A stretch of 64,000 nt of DNA from an uncultured Gaiellaceae bacterium (GTDB lineage Bacteria > Actinomycetota > Thermoleophilia > Gaiellales > Gaiellaceae), in contig CAVXOS010000004.1 in NCBI GenBank assembly GCA_963763465.1, forward strand, positions 33,879 through 97,878, written 5' to 3'. The notes under the pieces were generated by a model. That model saw only the letters and a program-made list of their open reading frames with translations. It was not told where the DNA came from and did not search any database. Shown here piece by piece: positions 55,965 through 64,000 of the stretch. Numbering within the stretch: position 1 is the first letter of the stretch; every line of letters starts with the position of its first letter. The position numbers and the translations under genes are program-made.

Positions 55965-55979
55965 TCGCTCTACGAAGCC
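55961..55979 (+). terminator. 7-bp hairpin (GGCTTCG-CTCTA-CGAAGCC) followed by GTTTCC at the tRNA 3' end
   Basis: Seen directly. It overlaps the last 4 nt of tRNA-Thr. Confidence 0.4.
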
Positions 55980-56304
55980 GTTTCCGGAGAGCCAAAGCGC
56001 CGCCTAGTGCATCGTGGCGGCCCCCCTCGGATCGCGGCGCCGATATAACGTACCGCCGTGGAGGAACTCGACCAGCCGCCGACACGGCCGCGCATGAGAT
56101 CCGCGCCATGGCGGCGGCGTGGGTCGCACGGTTCAACGAACGCGCCGCCACTGGGCAGCGTCCGCATGGTGGAGTCGCCGCGTGCTGACGGGGTAGCCGT
56201 TGGGGGGGCGAGCGGCTCGACTGTGGTCCCGTCCGAAGTCGGTAAGGCACGGACGGATTGAGCTGCGGGCGCTTCTCGCAAGACCCGAAGGGGTGGATAG
56301 CCGC

Positions 56305-57471
56305 GTGACACGACCGGATGCCGGAGTTCTCTATCAGGGCGGTCCTCCGGCCTTCGCGACGGTCCTCACGCCCGGTCGCCCCAACATTCTTCAGCCGAAG
56401 CGGACGGCCTCGCTGATCGACGCCGCGATGCGCCGCAACTGGCTTACGAACGATGGCCCGCTCGTCCGAGAACTCGAAGAACGCTTCGCCGAGTTTCAGA
56501 ACGTCCGACACTGCGTCGCTGTTGCCAGCGCCACGGCTGGCCTCCAGCTTGCTGCCAGGGCGATCGGCATGACGGGCGACATCCTAATGCCCGCGTTCAC
56601 CTTCATCGGTAGCGCACATGCTCTGACCTGGATCGGTCTCCAGCCGATCTTCTGCGACGTATCTCGCGCTACGCACACGCTCGATCCTCAGAGCGTTGAA
56701 GCAGCAATCACGAGTGCGACCGGGGGCATTCTGGCCACACACCTCTGGGGCCAACCATCCGACGTCGAGGGACTGCAGCAGATCGCGGATCGCCATGATG
56801 TTCCGTTGCTCTTTGACGCTGCCCACGCCACCGGTAGTCGCTACCGATCGGCTCCAGTTGGGGGCTTCGGGGATGCGGAGGTGTTCAGCCTGCATGCCAC
56901 GAAGTCAATCAACGGTCTCGAGGGCGGCATTGTTGCGACGAATGACGACGACGTGGCGGCACAGGTGCGGCTGTTCCGGAATTTTGGGTTCGTGGCGGAG
57001 GACGCGGTGAGCGGCGTCGGCATCAACGCGAAGATGAACGAGTTTTCCGCCGCGATGGCACTCGCGAATCTCGAGTGCTACGACCAGCTAGAGGCCCACG
57101 ACCGGGAGATCAGCGCGGCGTATCGCCAGGCCCTCGCAGGCCTCGATGGCATTTCGGTGCACGAATGCACACCGGACTCCGCAAGGTGCGAGCACTATGC
57201 CGTACTGGAAGTGTCGGAGACCGCGCCTGTCGGACGCGACGCGCTCCGAGAAGTTCTGGCGGCGGAAAACGTACTGACACGCCGCTACTTCTTTCCGGGC
57301 TGCCATCGATCGCCGCCGTACGATCGTCAGGAATGGTCACCGATGCGGGTCACGGATGTCCTGTGCCGGACCGTACTGCAGTTGCCGACCGGTCTGCAGC
57401 TAACCTCAGACGACGCCGCGACGATCGCGGCCATCGTCGCCAGAACGGTCACAGCCGAAGCCGCGGCATGA
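56305..57471 (+). CDS. DegT/DnrJ/EryC1/StrS family sugar aminotransferase
   Basis: GTG at 56305 in ORF 56200..57471. WLTNDGPLVRELEERFAEF, FDAAHATG and the FSLHATKSINGLEGG PLP-lysine motif. Confidence 0.85.
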   Translation: MTRPDAGVLYQGGPPAFATVLTPGRPNILQPKRTASLIDAAMRRNWLTNDGPLVRELEERFAEFQNVRHCVAVASATAGLQLAARAIGMTGDILMPAFTFIGSAHALTWIGLQPIFCDVSRATHTLDPQSVEAAITSATGGILATHLWGQPSDVEGLQQIADRHDVPLLFDAAHATGSRYRSAPVGGFGDAEVFSLHATKSINGLEGGIVATNDDDVAAQVRLFRNFGFVAEDAVSGVGINAKMNEFSAAMALANLECYDQLEAHDREISAAYRQALAGLDGISVHECTPDSARCEHYAVLEVSETAPVGRDALREVLAAENVLTRRYFFPGCHRSPPYDRQEWSPMRVTDVLCRTVLQLPTGLQLTSDDAATIAAIVARTVTAEAAA

Positions 57472-58382
57472 GGTTCGCCGCCCTGGTGGGTGTCAAGGAC
57501 GAGGTTGAGCTGATTGGCGCCTGCGTGGCGCAGCTCCGAAACATCGGCGTCGACCAGATTATCGTCTCGGATTACGGATCCACGGACGGCACACTCGACA
57601 TCCTCGCGGACGAACGTCGCTGCGGCGACCTAGTCGTGAAGTCGGTCGACGTGTCGACGATCGCGGACTTCGACTCTTGGTCCATTCGAGAGATGGCCCT
57701 CGCGAGGTCGACTGGGGCCGACTGGGTTCTGTTTTTGGACGCCGACGAGTTCTGCATTCCGGCGTCGGGAACACTGCGCGGCTGTCGTCATCTGCTCGAC
57801 GCCGATGTCCTCTACGTTGATCGCTTCAACGTCGCCCTCACTTGGCAACAGCAATCGATGCCGGTCGCGGCGTGGTTCGAGAGCCAAGCTGATCTCCTGC
57901 TGTATACGACGATCCCGGGGGACTATCGACAGTTCGTCGAGGAGCGTCCGGACGTCCCATTCATCACGCTCATGCCGCCGCCGAAGATCATGGCGCGCCC
58001 ACATGCGATTTCAGGTATCGCACCCGGGTCACATGGCGTGTATGAGCGGCCAGGCGACACACCGGTCCGTCGGTTTGAGACGCAAGACCTGCTCGTCGCT
58101 CACGTTGCCTTTTCGACCGTCGGGAGATTCCAGCGAAAGGTCGACAACATCCGCGCGGAACTCGCCCAGAGCTCGGAGTATTTCCACGGCCACAATGGCT
58201 GGCACTGGAAGCGATGGGCCGCAATGACCGACCGCGAGGCTGATCACGAATTTGCAAGGCAGATGCTCGACGGCGATGCGCTTTTGCGTCTGAGGCACAG
58301 TGCCGTTGTTCGCTCCGCAAGAGAGATCTTTGCGGAGCGCTCGCGCGTCAGTGCTGATTCGTCTGAGATGGCGCGGGCCTAG
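57468..58382 (+). CDS. glycosyltransferase family 2-like protein
   Basis: ATG at 57468 overlaps the DegT stop (ATGA). IIVSDYGSTDGT and LFLDADEF (DxD) motifs. Confidence 0.75.
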   Translation: MRFAALVGVKDEVELIGACVAQLRNIGVDQIIVSDYGSTDGTLDILADERRCGDLVVKSVDVSTIADFDSWSIREMALARSTGADWVLFLDADEFCIPASGTLRGCRHLLDADVLYVDRFNVALTWQQQSMPVAAWFESQADLLLYTTIPGDYRQFVEERPDVPFITLMPPPKIMARPHAISGIAPGSHGVYERPGDTPVRRFETQDLLVAHVAFSTVGRFQRKVDNIRAELAQSSEYFHGHNGWHWKRWAAMTDREADHEFARQMLDGDALLRLRHSAVVRSAREIFAERSRVSADSSEMARA

Positions 58383-58822
58383 AGTTATGCGTCGCGGGGT
58401 TGACGGTTGACCCCTCCTGCACCTGCGGACGAGGAGCACGAGCTCGACGCGGGCGGGCTGAACTAGGGCGCCAGGGCTGCTAGCGGTCGAGCCACCATTT
58501 CTCCGGTGCCAAAGGGGCCTACTAGATTCAGTACCACGTCGCGGATGCGCGACCCCTGCGCGGCTGAAAAGCAGAGCGGTGAGCGGGATCACGCGTACGT
58601 CTCGAGCAAGTTTGGCGTCGGCCACGTTGAGGGCCTGGCGCCGCCCGCTGGCGCTCGTCCACGCTCACGTCGGCGTTGAGGAGGTCGCGGTTTGTTAAAC
58701 GATTGAAGTAGCCCGTCCAGTTCTCCTCAAGCCCGGCGCAGTACGGCCCGGGATTCGTCCAATCCGGGACAGGCCTGGTGCGCATCGATGACGACGTACG
58801 CCGAAGGGACAGTGCGAACCAG

Positions 58823-59713
58823 TCAACCCCCCGGCGAAGGGGATGACGGATTCCCGGTCCGAACGACCTCGAGTTGTTGTTCCAGCGCTCTTTGATGGAC
58901 GGCCCAGATTTCCGGATCTTTCACGCCGACTTGCCGACCCACTCCAAGAACCGAAGTCGGCCGGCGTCGAAGGTCTCCCGGGACCTCATGACCGAGCAAA
59001 GCGAGTCGGGATGCTGCCGGTAGCGATACCAGTTTCGGTTTCGGGCGATCACCGGATATCGGAGGAAGAGTTTGACGTTCAGGGCCATGTCCTCGTAGAG
59101 AAAGCCGGCCTCGTCCGTATAGCCTCCCACCTTCTCGATCGCGTCGCGTCGGGCGAATACGCCGACCGGTTCGTTCGACTCGTTGCTGAGGAAGGCCAGC
59201 ATGGCGGCCGGCGGGGGATGATGGTGTCGAAAGGAACGGCGCTCGTGTATATCTGAGTGACGTCGGCGGCGCCCGGCTCCCCCGTCCACGTGTACCACAT
59301 CTGGACCGGCCCGTATACGACTGCGGCGCCCGGATGGGCCTCCAGGATCCGCACCTTGTCCTCCAAGGTAGTGGGCGTAAGGAGTCGTCGGCATCCAGCC
59401 TGGCGATATACCGGCCCCGTGAGCTCCTCTGACCCAGGTTTCGGGATTCGGTTATGCCGCGGTTCGCGCGTCCCGGATGCTCGAGATACCGGATCTTGCC
59501 GGGCCAGTCCCGGGCGTACCGCTTCGCGGTCTCCGGGCTCCGGTCGGTGGATCCGTCCTCCACGAGAAGAACCTCCCAGAAAGGGTACGTCTGCGCAATC
59601 ACGCCTTCGATCGCTTCGGCGAGAAACCTTTCGGCATTCAGGATGGGGATGATTACGCTAACGACGGGCTGTCCATCCCTCGCGTGCAGGGAGTCGCTCG
59701 GGCTCGTCGTCAT
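58823..59713 (-). pseudogene. glycosyltransferase family 2, interrupted by at least 3 frameshifts
   Basis: The N-terminus VSVIIPILNAERFLAEAIEGVIAQTYPFWEVLLVEDGSTD...ARLDADD is in the frame of ORF 58823..59713. It continues as LEDKVRILEAHPGAAVVYGP (ORF 59079..59366), then PPAAMLAFLSNESNEPVGVFARRDAIEKVGGY...YRQHPDS (ORF 58921..59394), then returns to the first frame for the last about 30 aa. Confidence 0.8.
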
Positions 59714-59828
59714 CGTCAGCCTCGACCAGGCAGGACGACGGCGGAGTCCGGTGAGCCTGAGGTCATCTGGCGCGCATCTTCCTCAAAAGGGACGAAATCC
59801 GCATTGAAGCCGGACATCCTGCGGGGCC

Positions 59829-60572
59829 TCATTTTCCCTCACCCGTTCCCGCGAACGTCCGAAGCAGCCGAACGTCGTGGAGCATTCCGCGGACCTCGTC
59901 CACCGAGTTGAACATCATCACGTCGATGATCGAAAGCGCGGGCAGAAACGGCGAAACGACCTGTCGGTACGGCCGCAGTTCCTGCTCAAGGAATTCCAGT
60001 TGCACGCCGTGGTCCGCGTACTTCGACGGGTCGAACAACGCTGCGCCCCCCGCCGGATTGCAATAACGTTCCACCCCCGGCAGGGCCCTGCAGGTCGCGA
60101 GGGCCCAGTCGCCCGGCCGGGGGTCGTCGGGAACCGGAACCTGCATTGCCGAGAAGTCGAGAATCTCGGTTCGGATGCCCAGGTGCGCGCACAGGCGGCG
60201 CAACGCCGCGCGGTCGACATCGGCGATAGTCGTGTGGTCCCCGGCGACCACGTCGGCGAGGATGGCGCGCACCGCGTCGAAGTGTGGTGCTCGCTTTCGG
60301 TAGTGGTCGACCTGCGCGAGGAGCCGCTCGCGCCATGGCTGTCCGTCATCGACCAGCTTTGCTCGGATCGGCGTAGACCGAGAGCTCGCCTGGAGCGGGA
60401 CGCGCACGTACTGCCAGTCTTCACCGCCGGGCTTCAGGATCCGGTTCCGGTCGACCCATCCGTGCCGGATGAACTGCGCTGTGTCGAACAGGACGAAGAC
60501 GTCGACGTGCTCGACGAGGCTGAAGTAGCCGAGGTGCGGGAAGAAGTACGGCTGCATCATCCCAAGTCGCAC
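59829..60572 (-). CDS. WbqC family protein
   Basis: GTG at 60572 (or ATG at 60560) in ORF 59829..60935. (V)RLGMMQPYFFPHLGYFSL is the hallmark WbqC N-terminus. Confidence 0.8.
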   Translation of the reverse strand: MRLGMMQPYFFPHLGYFSLVEHVDVFVLFDTAQFIRHGWVDRNRILKPGGEDWQYVRVPLQASSRSTPIRAKLVDDGQPWRERLLAQVDHYRKRAPHFDAVRAILADVVAGDHTTIADVDRAALRRLCAHLGIRTEILDFSAMQVPVPDDPRPGDWALATCRALPGVERYCNPAGGAALFDPSKYADHGVQLEFLEQELRPYRQVVSPFLPALSIIDVMMFNSVDEVRGMLHDVRLLRTFAGTGEGK

Positions 60573-60646
60573 GTGTTCTCCGTTCGATCGCTGGCGAGAC
60601 TCGAGCCAGTATGGTCCGCGCTGGTTCTGCGAGAGGAGGGCGCGGC

Positions 60647-61306
60647 ATGGCCGAGAAGATCCAGCGTGAGCTGTCGGCGCTCGCCGAGCAGTTTCTGGAG
60701 GCCCACGGGCCTGACACGCCACTCGGGGTCGGTTGGACCCGCGCGTTCGCCGGCCGGTACGAGGTGATGTTCGGCCTGCTCCGTTGGGACCGCGCCCACG
60801 CGAGTACGGAGCGCGTGTCGTTGGTGGACATCGGTAGCGGTGCAGGCCACTTCTACGACTTCCTCCAGAGCCAGACTGCGGTGGAGGTCGATTACACCGG
60901 CGTGGACATCTCGCCGGCGTTCCTCGAGGCCGCACAGAGTCGGTATCCCGAGGCCCGGTTCCTGGAGCTCGACATCCTCGAAGCCGACAGGCCCCTGCCG
61001 CAGTTCGACTACGTGATCGCCAACGGCCTGCTCAACTCCCGCGGGTCCGTCGACTACGTGGAGATGTGGGACTATGCGAAGCAGTTGATGCGGGCCGCCT
61101 ACTCGATGGCTCGCCGCGGCCTCGCGGTCAACGTGATGACCAAGCACCTCGACTGGGAGCGGGAAGACCTCTTCCACGTGCCCTTCGACGACATGGCCGC
61201 CTTCATGCGCGCCGAGCTCAGCCCGCATTTCGTGTTTCGGCAGGACTACGGCGCCTTCGAGTACACGACATACGTGTACCGGTCGGCGTCGACCACTCCG
61301 GACTGA
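60647..61306 (+). CDS. class I SAM-dependent methyltransferase
   Basis: ATG at 60647 lies 8 nt after GGAGG in ORF 60611..61306. SAM motif I LVDIGSGAGHF. Confidence 0.8.
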   Translation: MAEKIQRELSALAEQFLEAHGPDTPLGVGWTRAFAGRYEVMFGLLRWDRAHASTERVSLVDIGSGAGHFYDFLQSQTAVEVDYTGVDISPAFLEAAQSRYPEARFLELDILEADRPLPQFDYVIANGLLNSRGSVDYVEMWDYAKQLMRAAYSMARRGLAVNVMTKHLDWEREDLFHVPFDDMAAFMRAELSPHFVFRQDYGAFEYTTYVYRSASTTPD

Positions 61307-61818
61307 CCGGCGTTCCCGCGCCATCCCTACGACTTCGCGCTCGGTGAACGGCGACCGACAGAACCCGGGCCAAGTCCGAAGAGCGCGCACACGCTTTTTT
61401 CTTTCCCCTGCATTCGCGCCGCAGCAACTCGAGCACGACCTGCTACCGAAGGTCGGCATCGTTCCTCGACCAGCCGATGACCGGCGCACGGTCTCAATGC
61501 AGCCCAATGCACTCCCAGGCGCCGCCGATGGACGCAGATGGCTTATCGATCATGCCAAGCGATCAAGGCCCAAACGCATTCGCCTGCAGATGTCAGGGCC
61601 ACGGTTGATGGACCGACAGATCGATGTCTCTGTACCCCTTGCGCGCCAATAATGAAGAGGAAGGGAGTCCTCCTGACGACGCAAGTCGTGGACAGGCGGC
61701 TCGTCGGGTGCCCGTGCGAGTTAACGTTCCGTTCGTGGGATGCGCGGAAACCACGACGGGTTGCGGGTCACGCGTCAGCTTAACTCCTGGCACAGAGCCT
61801 ATTTGGTGCGAAAGGCTC

Positions 61819-63331
61819 CTAGCAGGTGCCCCATGTACAACCCGGGCGGTCCGGCGGCACAACAAGTGAGAACGGGAGGGCCGCGTCCTTCCCATTTGCG
61901 AGACGGGCTCGTAGGAAACCGGACCGGGCCCTGCTTGAAAACGCGCCGGCGAAGATGCCGTAGCGGTTCGGCCGAAGCGTGTCCACGAGTCGCCAGCTGC
62001 CTCCGGCCTTCTGCTCGACGACGACGGGCGCGCGCTTGGCAGGAGACCTGCCCCAGAACATCACAGAGCGCTTTGCCGGCTCGCTGAAGGCGACGAACGG
62101 GAAGCGGAAGGCGGTCAGCGCCAACTTCGGCGTGTCGGAGGAGATCCCGTCGTTACCTCTGAAGTAGAGGCCGGATTGGAAAGGGCCGACGCCCCAGGAC
62201 TGGTCGCGTATCTGGAACCAGGTGACGAGGCTGACACCCTGCGCCCACATGCGGTAGAGCGCCTCAGCGACCCAGCGGGCGTGGAGCTCCTCGGGAACGC
62301 CGTTGGGATCGGGCGGACTCGTGTCCCAGGCGAACTCGGTCACCCAGAAGCCGACCGGCCCGCGGCTCTTCAGCGTTCCGGCGCGAACGGCCGCGTCGAG
62401 CAGCCTGCGCATCTTCCACAGGTCTGGCAAGGAGATGTCGTTCGGAAGGTTCGCGTGATGTGTGGGATCACCTGACGTGTACGGGTTGTGGCCCCAGATG
62501 TCGAAGCGAATCTGCTTGTGGCATGTGGCTCGTGGCGTGCCGGCGGAGAGGCAGAGCAGCTTTTGCATGAAGAGCAGCGGAGAAATCTTGTCGCCTGGCG
62601 GATCGTCGCCGAACGCGGACATCCCGCCCGCGATCACCTGGTTGTCCGGGTGGACCCCATGGATCGCATCGGCTGCCGCGTTCACCATGAGTCGGTAGAA
62701 GTCCGGCGAGAGCGGGCGATGGGAGCCGTCGACCTGCGGCCTCAAGTACGCGAGGAGGTTCGGCTCGTTCCAGATCTGCCAGTAGCGCACCCGCGGGAGC
62801 CCGCCGAACCCGCCGCCGTAGCGTCGCGCTGCGGCGCCCATGAACTCGGCAAGGGAGCGCGGACTGGGACGGCACGAGCCGATGCCCCAACTGCCGCACG
62901 AATCCGACTCGGCCCACGCAGGTGCCGTCTGGACGTAGATGAATGGGACGAATCCTCTGGAGACGGCGTCGCGAACCTGAGCGTCGGTCCAGGTCCAGTT
63001 GTACATCGAGTCCCCGGGATCTCTGGGCCGGAAGGAAACCGGCTTCGTCGCTCCCCCGGGCGCGACGCTGACCCAGTTCATCATGATCCGCACGAAATGC
63101 GCCCCGGTGCGACGCACGTGCACGTACGCGAGGTTGTTCTCCGGGCCGCCGAGGCTGTCGGGGTCGATGACCCGCGGTCTCGAGTGGCCGGTCGGGGACA
63201 GGCGTCGTCGTCGCACCGGCTCCGTGGAACTCGCGGGTAGCCGCGGAGCTCGCCCCGACGATGGCCACCGACGCTATGACGAGCGCGACCGCGGAGGCAA
63301 CGGCCCAACGTGAGAAGCGTAGATCGCGCAC
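61819..63331 (-). pseudogene. secreted clan GH-A (TIM-barrel, GH5/GH39-like) glycoside hydrolase, with signal peptide in a different frame
   Basis: ORF 61819..63216 contains the IWNEPN (acid/base) and FWVTEFAW (nucleophile) motifs. A convincing signal peptide MRDLRFSRWAVASAVALVIASVAIVGASSA is encoded by ORF 62468..63331 in another frame. The junction is about 63150-63215. Alternatively this is an intact cytoplasmic CDS from GTG 63216. Confidence 0.7.
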
Positions 63332-63414
63332 GGGCGCCGATGGTAGCTCGGTGGTCAGCTGACTCCCTCTCCGTACGCACGATCGCTACATGCCCGCAAT
63401 AGACTCGACCTCGA

Positions 63415-64000
63415 ATGACGACGCCTGCCGTCGACGTGGTGATCGTCTCGTACAACGCACGCGAGTTGCTCCGCCGCTGTCTGACCTCGCTCCACGAGCA
63501 TGCTCCTACACCGGCCGTCAGGACTTGGGTGGTGGACAACGGCTCGACGGATGGCACCGTCGAGCTGGTCGAAGGCGAGTTCCCGGATGTCGAGTTGATC
63601 GCGGCAGACCAAAACCTAGGCTTCGCGGCGGCGAACAACTTCGCGATCCGGCGGGGATCGGCGCCGTACGTCCTCGCGCTCAACCCGGATACCCGTGTGA
63701 CAGCAGGAGCCCTCGACCGCATGCTCGCGCTCATGGATTCGGACGACTCGATCGGGATCGCCGGCTGCCGCCTCGAGCTCGAGGACGGCACGTTCGACCA
63801 CGCGGCACGCCGCTCGTTCCCCACGCCGCTCAGCGCGATCGGCCACTTCACCGGAGCCGGGCGGAGCGAGCGCGCTCCCGCCGGACTCGCCGCCTACCGC
63901 GCGCCGTCGGTGGGGCGCGGGCCGGTCGACGCCGTCAACGGCGCGTTCATGCTCTTCCGGCGGCAGGCGCTCGACGAAGTCGGCCTCTTCGACGAGGGCT
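63415..64000 (+). CDS. glycosyltransferase family 2 (3' end outside window)
   Basis: Own translation from ATG 63415: MTTPAVDVVIVSYNARELLRRCLTSL...VVDNGSTDGTVE...LNPDTRV...NGAFMLFRRQALDEVGLFDEG. The frame is open to the window end and is not in the ORF track because it has no stop. Confidence 0.8.
   Translation, partial: MTTPAVDVVIVSYNARELLRRCLTSLHEHAPTPAVRTWVVDNGSTDGTVELVEGEFPDVELIAADQNLGFAAANNFAIRRGSAPYVLALNPDTRVTAGALDRMLALMDSDDSIGIAGCRLELEDGTFDHAARRSFPTPLSAIGHFTGAGRSERAPAGLAAYRAPSVGRGPVDAVNGAFMLFRRQALDEVGLFDEG

Noticed and set aside
55965-56304. Integrase remnant or att direct repeat next to tRNA-Thr
   Set aside because: No ORF has tyrosine-recombinase character, and I found no second copy of the tRNA 3' end within the window.

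Overview
About 64 kb of high-GC sequence (several 60-nt samples counted by eye give >70% G+C in the core). It looks like a gene-dense actinobacterial-type chromosome, possibly Thermoleophilia- or Rubrobacteria-like, but taxonomy cannot be proven from this window. I support about 65 protein-coding or pseudogene loci, one canonical tRNA-Thr(CGU), one non-canonical tRNA-like gene, a few hairpin terminators, and one promoter/operator. I saw no rRNA, CRISPR array, transposase, integrase or phage genes.

Gene content: small-molecule metabolism, many transporters (MATE, two MFS, CPA1, CaCA, MMPL), housekeeping genes (nrdJ, tmk, holB, dinB, beta-carbonic anhydrase), cell-envelope genes (amidase, GH3 NagZ-like, O-antigen-ligase-like, LytR_C, epimerase), and regulators (PadR, ArsR, ECF41-like sigma, TPR-adenylate cyclase).

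Main observations:
1. An 87-nt tRNA-like gene at 13912..13998 has an 8/4 acceptor/T-stem geometry, a 6-bp D stem, a long variable arm and G73, but no sensible Ser or Sec anticodon. It is a candidate allo-tRNA or selC-like tRNA.
2. There is an unusually high density of frameshifts, some in compensating pairs and one at a homopolymer run. At least 11 otherwise well-conserved genes are affected. This is either assembly indel error or real gene decay, and it limits how far every other call can be trusted.
3. A translationally coupled pair encodes a secreted lamin-tail-domain protein with a WxL-like C-terminus and an Ig-like/DUF916-like partner.
4. A lower-GC glycan-modification island begins directly 3' of tRNA-Thr.
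5. A leaderless ArsR gene has an operator palindrome straddling its start codon, and it heads an ArsR-SRPBCC-DUF1326-DUF2182 module.

All product names come from my own reading of the translated ORFs (motifs and family resemblance). No database search was run. Start codons are often uncertain.
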